A DNA stretch of 64,000 nucleotides from NCBI GenBank assembly GCA_018062345.1, contig JAGOSL010000002.1:32541-96540 (forward strand), written 5' to 3'. Source of the stretch: Pseudomonadota bacterium. GTDB taxonomy: Bacteria > Pseudomonadota > Alphaproteobacteria > Paracaedibacterales > CAITNM01. The translations under genes were made by a program, and so were the position numbers. Shown piece by piece: positions 59,368 to 64,000 of this stretch. How positions within the stretch are numbered: position 1 is the stretch's first letter; each line of letters begins with the position of its first letter. Under the pieces are notes generated by a model, which did no database searches, was not told the DNA's origin, and saw only the letters and a program-made list of their open reading frames with translations.

Positions 59368-59871
59368 ATGGACCGTATGCAAAAGGAAGCATTGGTTGCA
59401 AGCATACGAAGTAAACTAGAATCATCATCTTTGGTGGTGGTGGCTCGTCAATCGGGCTTAACCGTTGAAGAAGTAACTGGTTTACGTCGAAACATGCGTG
59501 CTGCTAATGCAGAATTTAAGGTTTTAAAGAATACCCTCGCTCAGATTGCCGTTAAAGGAACTAAGCTAGAAGGCTTAACTGAGATGCTGGTCGGCCCAAC
59601 TACCTTGGCCTATTCAGTAGACTCAATTGCTGCGGCTAAAGCTCTTGTCGAGTTTGCTAATAAGAATGACAAGATTGAAGTTGTTGGTGCCTGTCTAGAT
59701 GGAAAAGTTCTAAAGAAAGCAGAAGTAAAAGCATTAGCTACCTTGCCTTCACTAGATGAATTGCGTGGCAAGCTTATTGCTATTATTAGTGCGCCAGCTA
59801 CAAAACTGGCTACCTTGCTTCAAGAGCCTGCCGCTCGAGTTGCTAGGGTTATTTCAGCAAAAAATGGTTAA
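59368..59871 (+). CDS. rplJ: 50S ribosomal protein L10
   Basis: GLTVEEVTGLR, KVLKNTLA, LATLPSLDELRGKL. Confidence 0.98.
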   Translation: MDRMQKEALVASIRSKLESSSLVVVARQSGLTVEEVTGLRRNMRAANAEFKVLKNTLAQIAVKGTKLEGLTEMLVGPTTLAYSVDSIAAAKALVEFANKNDKIEVVGACLDGKVLKKAEVKALATLPSLDELRGKLIAIISAPATKLATLLQEPAARVARVISAKNG

Positions 59872-59904
59872 TCAATAGCGAGACAACATTAAGGAGAATA
59901 AATT

Positions 59905-60276
59905 ATGTCTAAATTACAAAAAATAGTTGATGAATTATCAACATTGACGGTTCTGGAAGCTGCAGAGCTTTCGAAATTGCTAGAAGAAACTTGGGGCGTT
60001 AGTGCTGCGGCTGCTGTAGCAGTTGCTGCTCCTGCGGCTGCTAATGCTGCGGCTGCTGAGGAGAAGACTGAGTTTGATGTGGTCCTTGAAGAGGGTGGCG
60101 CAAACAAGATTAATGCGATTAAAGAAGTTCGCGCTATTACAGGTCTTGGTTTAAAAGAAGCTAAAGATTTAGTCGAAGGTGCTCCACAGCCAGTTAAGCA
60201 AGGTGTGTCTAAGGACGAAGCAGAAAAAATTAAGAAGCAGCTAGAAGAAGCTGGAGCTAAAGTTTCTGTAAAATAA
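59905..60276 (+). CDS. rplL: 50S ribosomal protein L7/L12
   Basis: [33 protein letters not shown]. Confidence 0.99.
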   Translation: MSKLQKIVDELSTLTVLEAAELSKLLEETWGVSAAAAVAVAAPAAANAAAAEEKTEFDVVLEEGGANKINAIKEVRAITGLGLKEAKDLVEGAPQPVKQGVSKDEAEKIKKQLEEAGAKVSVK

Positions 60277-60283
60277 TAGTGAT

Positions 60284-60327
60284 GCTCAGCAACTCATTTT
60301 AGAGAGCTTGCTGAGCTCTTGTTTTTT
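60284..60327 (+). terminator. Terminator/attenuator between rplL and rpoB
   Basis: GCTCAGCAA...TTGCTGAGC stem followed by TCTTGTTTTTT. Confidence 0.65.
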
Positions 60328-60468
60328 GGCTAGAGTGACAGGCTAGCAGTTAATTACAATTTTATTAAAAATTATTTATGTTAAAGATGCGTTTTTATTT
60401 TGATTTTTCACAAAGTCTTTGCGCATTTTTGAAGTTTTTTACCTTTTCATCGCGTAGGAGTTTCGTGC

Positions 60469-63400
60469 ATGGTTCGCTCTTTTACAGGTCGTAAGCGATT
60501 TCGTAAGAATTTTGGTCGTATTCAAGAAGTAGCGCCGCTACCAAATTTGATTGCTTTGCAGAAAAATTCTTATGAGGCATTTTTGCAACTTAATGTGAAA
60601 CATGCAAATCGACAAAATACAGGATTGCTGGAAGTATTTAATTCAATCTTTCCTGTTAAGGATTATTCTGGCAAAGCCCATTTGGAATTTTTCCATTACG
60701 ATTTTGAGAAGCCTAAATTTGATGAAGAAGAGTGTCGCACTCGTGGATTAACCTACGCAGCGCCACTTAAAGTTACTTTCCGTCTTGTTGTTTGGGATGT
60801 TGATGGTGATTCAGGTGCTCGTTCTGTGCGAGACATTAAAGAGCAGGATGTTTACATAAGCGATACACCACTAATGACTGATCGAGGTACCTTTATTGTT
60901 AATGGTATTGAGCGGGTTATTGTTTCGCAAATGCATAGAAGCCCAGGTGTGTTTTTTGATCACGACAAGGGGAAGACTCACTCTTCCGGAAAAATATTGT
61001 ATGCAGGAAGAATAGTTCCTTATCGCGGTTCATGGTTGGATTTTGAGTTTGATCCCAAAGACCAGATATGTGTTCGTGTTGATCGTCGCAGAAAGTTGCC
61101 TGTTACTACACTTTTGATGGCTCTTGATAGTGACTACACTGAAAAGGCTAAAGAAAAGGCTGAAAAAGCAAAAAAAAGCATCGATCCAAAAGATGTTATG
61201 GGAATGTCTAGAGAAGAAATTCTCCACACTTTTTACGATAAGATAACGTATGTAAAAAATAAAAAGCATTGGGTAACTGACTATGTGGCAGACCGCTGGA
61301 AGGGCGTGAAGTTAACGCATGATCTGGTGAATGCTGATACTGGAGAGGTTGCTGCAGAAGCTGGTACGAAAATCACCCCGCGTCTTGCAAAGAAATATGA
61401 GGCTGAAGGCCTAAAGAAAGTAGCTTTTTTGGAAGAGCACTTGCATGGCGGCTATTTAGCTGACGACCTGATTAATGCAGAAACGGGTGAGATTTATATC
61501 GAGTCTGGTGATGTGCTGTCAGCAGATGCTATGGAAATTTTAAATGAGCAGAAAATCAAGTCATTCCAGCTTTTAAACATTGATCATGTGAATATCGGTG
61601 CTTATTTACTTAATACTCTGCAAGCCGACAAGAATCAAAATCGTGAAGAAGCTTTGATGGATATTTACAGGGCTTTGCGTCCTGGTGAGCCTCCAACTGT
61701 TGAAGGTGGTGAGGCATTATTTAAGGCATTGTTTTTTGACCCAGAGAGATATGATTTGTCAGCGGTCGGCCGTGTCAAAATGAATGCGCGACTAGGTTTA
61801 AACACGCCTGATGATGTTAGGGTTTTGCAAAAAGACGATATTTTAGCAATGGTTCGCATACTTCTAGAATTGCGCGACGGAAGAGGTGAAATTGATGATA
61901 TTGATAACCTGGCAAATAGACGCGTACGTTCAGTTGGTGAACTTTTAGAGAATCAATTTCGCGTTGGTTTAGTGCGTATGGAGCGTTCGATTCGTGAGCG
62001 CATGGGTTCTGTTGATATTGATACAGTGATGCCAAATGATTTGGTTAACGCTAAGCCAGTTGCAGCATCCATTCGTGAGTTTTTTGGTTCGTCTCAATTA
62101 TCACAATTTATGGATCAGACCAATCCACTTTCTGAAATCACCCATAAACGTCGACTTTCTGCGTTGGGGCCTGGTGGTCTATCTCGTGATCGTGCAAGCT
62201 TTGAGGTGCGCGACGTGCACCCAACTCATTATGGTCGTATATGTCCTATTGAAACACCGGAAGGTCAAAATATTGGCTTGATCAACTCACTAGCTACTTA
62301 TGCGCGCGTTAATAAGTATGGATTTATTGAAAGTCCGTATCGCAAAATTAACGATGGTAAAGTGACTGATGAAGTTGTTTACATGAATGCGCTAGAAGAG
62401 AGCCGTTATATTATTGGTCAAGCGAGTGTTGAACTTGATGAGTCTGGCTGTATAGTTGAAGAATTTGTTACTTGCCGCAAATCTGGTGAGTTTGGTATTT
62501 TTCCGCGTTCAAGTGTTGACTATATTGACGTTTCGCCAAAACAGCTTGTTTCAGTTGCTGCTTCTTTGATTCCATTTTTAGAAAATGACGATGCAAACCG
62601 CGCTCTAATGGGTTCTAACATGCAACGTCAGGCAGTCCCTTTGCTAAGAGCTGAGGCCCCACTTGTTGGAACGGGGATGGAAGCTATTGTGGCAAAAGAT
62701 TCTGGCGCAGTAATAACAGCGAAACGAGATGGAGTTGTTGATCAGGTTGATGGAAAAAGAATTGTTATTCGGGTTACTGAAAAAGACAGCACTAATAAGT
62801 CTGGTGTCGATATATTCAATTTATTAAAGTTCCAGCGCTCTAATATGAGCACTTGCATAAACCAGCGTCCACTGGTTAAGAAGGGTGACATAGTTAGGCG
62901 TGGAGACATTATTGCTGATGGGCCAGCAACAGAGCTTGGTGAATTAGCGCTGGGGCGCAATGTGCTTGTTTCTTTCATGTCATGGCAAGGATACAATTTT
63001 GAAGACTCCATTGTTATTTCAGAGCGCATTGTTCAAGACGATGTGTTTACCTCAATTCACATTGAAGAATTTGAATTGATGGCTCGGGATACAAAGCTTG
63101 GTAATGAAGATATAACTAGAGATATTCCTAATGTTGGAGAAGAAGGTTTGCGTAACCTGGATGAGGCAGGAATTGTCTACGTGGGGGCAGAGGTTAACCC
63201 TGGGGATATTCTAGTTGGTAAGGTCACGCCAAAAGGAGAAGCTCCATCTACACCAGAAGAAAAACTTTTAAGAGCTATTTTTGGCGAAAAGGCATCTGAT
63301 GTTAGGGATAGTTCACTTCGCGTTCCTCCAGGGGTTTCGGGCACCGTAGTTGAGGTGCGTATTTTTTCTCGTCGCGGTATTGAGCGCGATGAGCGTTCGA

Positions 63401-64000
63401 TTGCGCTTGAGCGCCAAGAGATTGATCGTTTGGCAAAAGATCGCGAAGCAGAAAGAGCTATTCTTGATCGTAGTTTTTCTCAGAGACTAAAAGAGCTTCT
63501 TGTGGGCAAGAATTTTTCTTCTGGTTCTAAGAGTTTTACCAAGGGTAAAGAAATTACCGAAAAAATGCTTTCTGAAGTTAGCGCTGCAGAATGGAAAAAA
63601 ATTGTTGTTACAGATGCCGATGTTATGAAAGACATCGAAGATATGAACATAGAATTTGATGCAGCTTGCGCTAGGTTACAGGCGATTTTTGAAGATAGGG
63701 TAGAAAAACTACGCTGCGGCGATGAATTGCCTCCGGGCGTTTTGAAATCGGTAAAGGTGTTCATTGCGGTCAAGCGTAAGCTTCAGCCAGGTGATAAAAT
63801 GGCAGGTAGACATGGTAACAAGGGTGTTGTATCAAAAGTTGTTCCTATGGAAGATATGCCGCACCTTGAAGATGGTACCCCAGTTGATATTATTTTGAAT
63901 CCTCTGGGTTTGCCATCGCGTATGAATGTGGGGCAAATTTTAGAGACGCATCTAGGAGCGGCTGTTGCCGGCATGGGGCGCCAAATTAATGAGATGGTAG
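60469..64000 (+). CDS. rpoB: RNA polymerase beta subunit (partial, runs off the window)
   Basis: Not in the ORF track; hand-translated from the ATG at 60469: [16 protein letters not shown]..., [54 protein letters not shown]. Confidence 0.99.
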   Translation, partial: MVRSFTGRKRFRKNFGRIQEVAPLPNLIALQKNSYEAFLQLNVKHANRQNTGLLEVFNSIFPVKDYSGKAHLEFFHYDFEKPKFDEEECRTRGLTYAAPLKVTFRLVVWDVDGDSGARSVRDIKEQDVYISDTPLMTDRGTFIVNGIERVIVSQMHRSPGVFFDHDKGKTHSSGKILYAGRIVPYRGSWLDFEFDPKDQICVRVDRRRKLPVTTLLMALDSDYTEKAKEKAEKAKKSIDPKDVMGMSREEILHTFYDKITYVKNKKHWVTDYVADRWKGVKLTHDLVNADTGEVAAEAGTKITPRLAKKYEAEGLKKVAFLEEHLHGGYLADDLINAETGEIYIESGDVLSADAMEILNEQKIKSFQLLNIDHVNIGAYLLNTLQADKNQNREEALMDIYRALRPGEPPTVEGGEALFKALFFDPERYDLSAVGRVKMNARLGLNTPDDVRVLQKDDILAMVRILLELRDGRGEIDDIDNLANRRVRSVGELLENQFRVGLVRMERSIRERMGSVDIDTVMPNDLVNAKPVAASIREFFGSSQLSQFMDQTNPLSEITHKRRLSALGPGGLSRDRASFEVRDVHPTHYGRICPIETPEGQNIGLINSLATYARVNKYGFIESPYRKINDGKVTDEVVYMNALEESRYIIGQASVELDESGCIVEEFVTCRKSGEFGIFPRSSVDYIDVSPKQLVSVAASLIPFLENDDANRALMGSNMQRQAVPLLRAEAPLVGTGMEAIVAKDSGAVITAKRDGVVDQVDGKRIVIRVTEKDSTNKSGVDIFNLLKFQRSNMSTCINQRPLVKKGDIVRRGDIIADGPATELGELALGRNVLVSFMSWQGYNFEDSIVISERIVQDDVFTSIHIEEFELMARDTKLGNEDITRDIPNVGEEGLRNLDEAGIVYVGAEVNPGDILVGKVTPKGEAPSTPEEKLLRAIFGEKASDVRDSSLRVPPGVSGTVVEVRIFSRRGIERDERSIALERQEIDRLAKDREAERAILDRSFSQRLKELLVGKNFSSGSKSFTKGKEITEKMLSEVSAAEWKKIVVTDADVMKDIEDMNIEFDAACARLQAIFEDRVEKLRCGDELPPGVLKSVKVFIAVKRKLQPGDKMAGRHGNKGVVSKVVPMEDMPHLEDGTPVDIILNPLGLPSRMNVGQILETHLGAAVAGMGRQINEMV

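Overview
A gene-dense, AT-rich chromosomal segment of an alphaproteobacterium. The content (cckA-recA, ntrYX-trkA, FzlA-like GST, H+-PPase, orphan tssK-tssL, several orphan secreted proteins) fits a Holosporales-like host-associated lineage; this taxonomy is inferred from gene content, not from a search. Most of the window is housekeeping: parAB/rsmG/hslO, rne, recA, sdhCDAB, gatCAB, prfA, era, nusB, secE-nusG-rplKAJL and the 5' part of rpoB, plus five tRNAs. Two perfect parS palindromes lie inside coding sequences, which suggests the origin is nearby. I saw no transposase, integrase, prophage or CRISPR array. The main signals are: (1) a LuxR solo keeping all nine canonical quorum-sensor residues, plus two near-identical 20-bp lux-box-like palindromes 18 kb apart, one upstream of luxR and one leading into a structured gatB-hpf intergenic region (candidate sRNA); (2) a fliK-flgD-flgE operon that has lost the usual polymerisation/capping motifs but keeps a perfect sigma54 promoter, with a second sigma54 promoter upstream of an orphan lipoprotein; (3) a BacNav-family channel with a natural TGDDWAN filter (Ca2+-type) and an R-R-H-E voltage sensor; (4) a lumazine synthase that appears catalytically dead; (5) orphan exported proteins, including one with duplicated NLS-like and PIP-like motifs and a signal-peptide methyltransferase. 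All calls come from reading the sequence and recalled family motifs; no database searches or computations were run.
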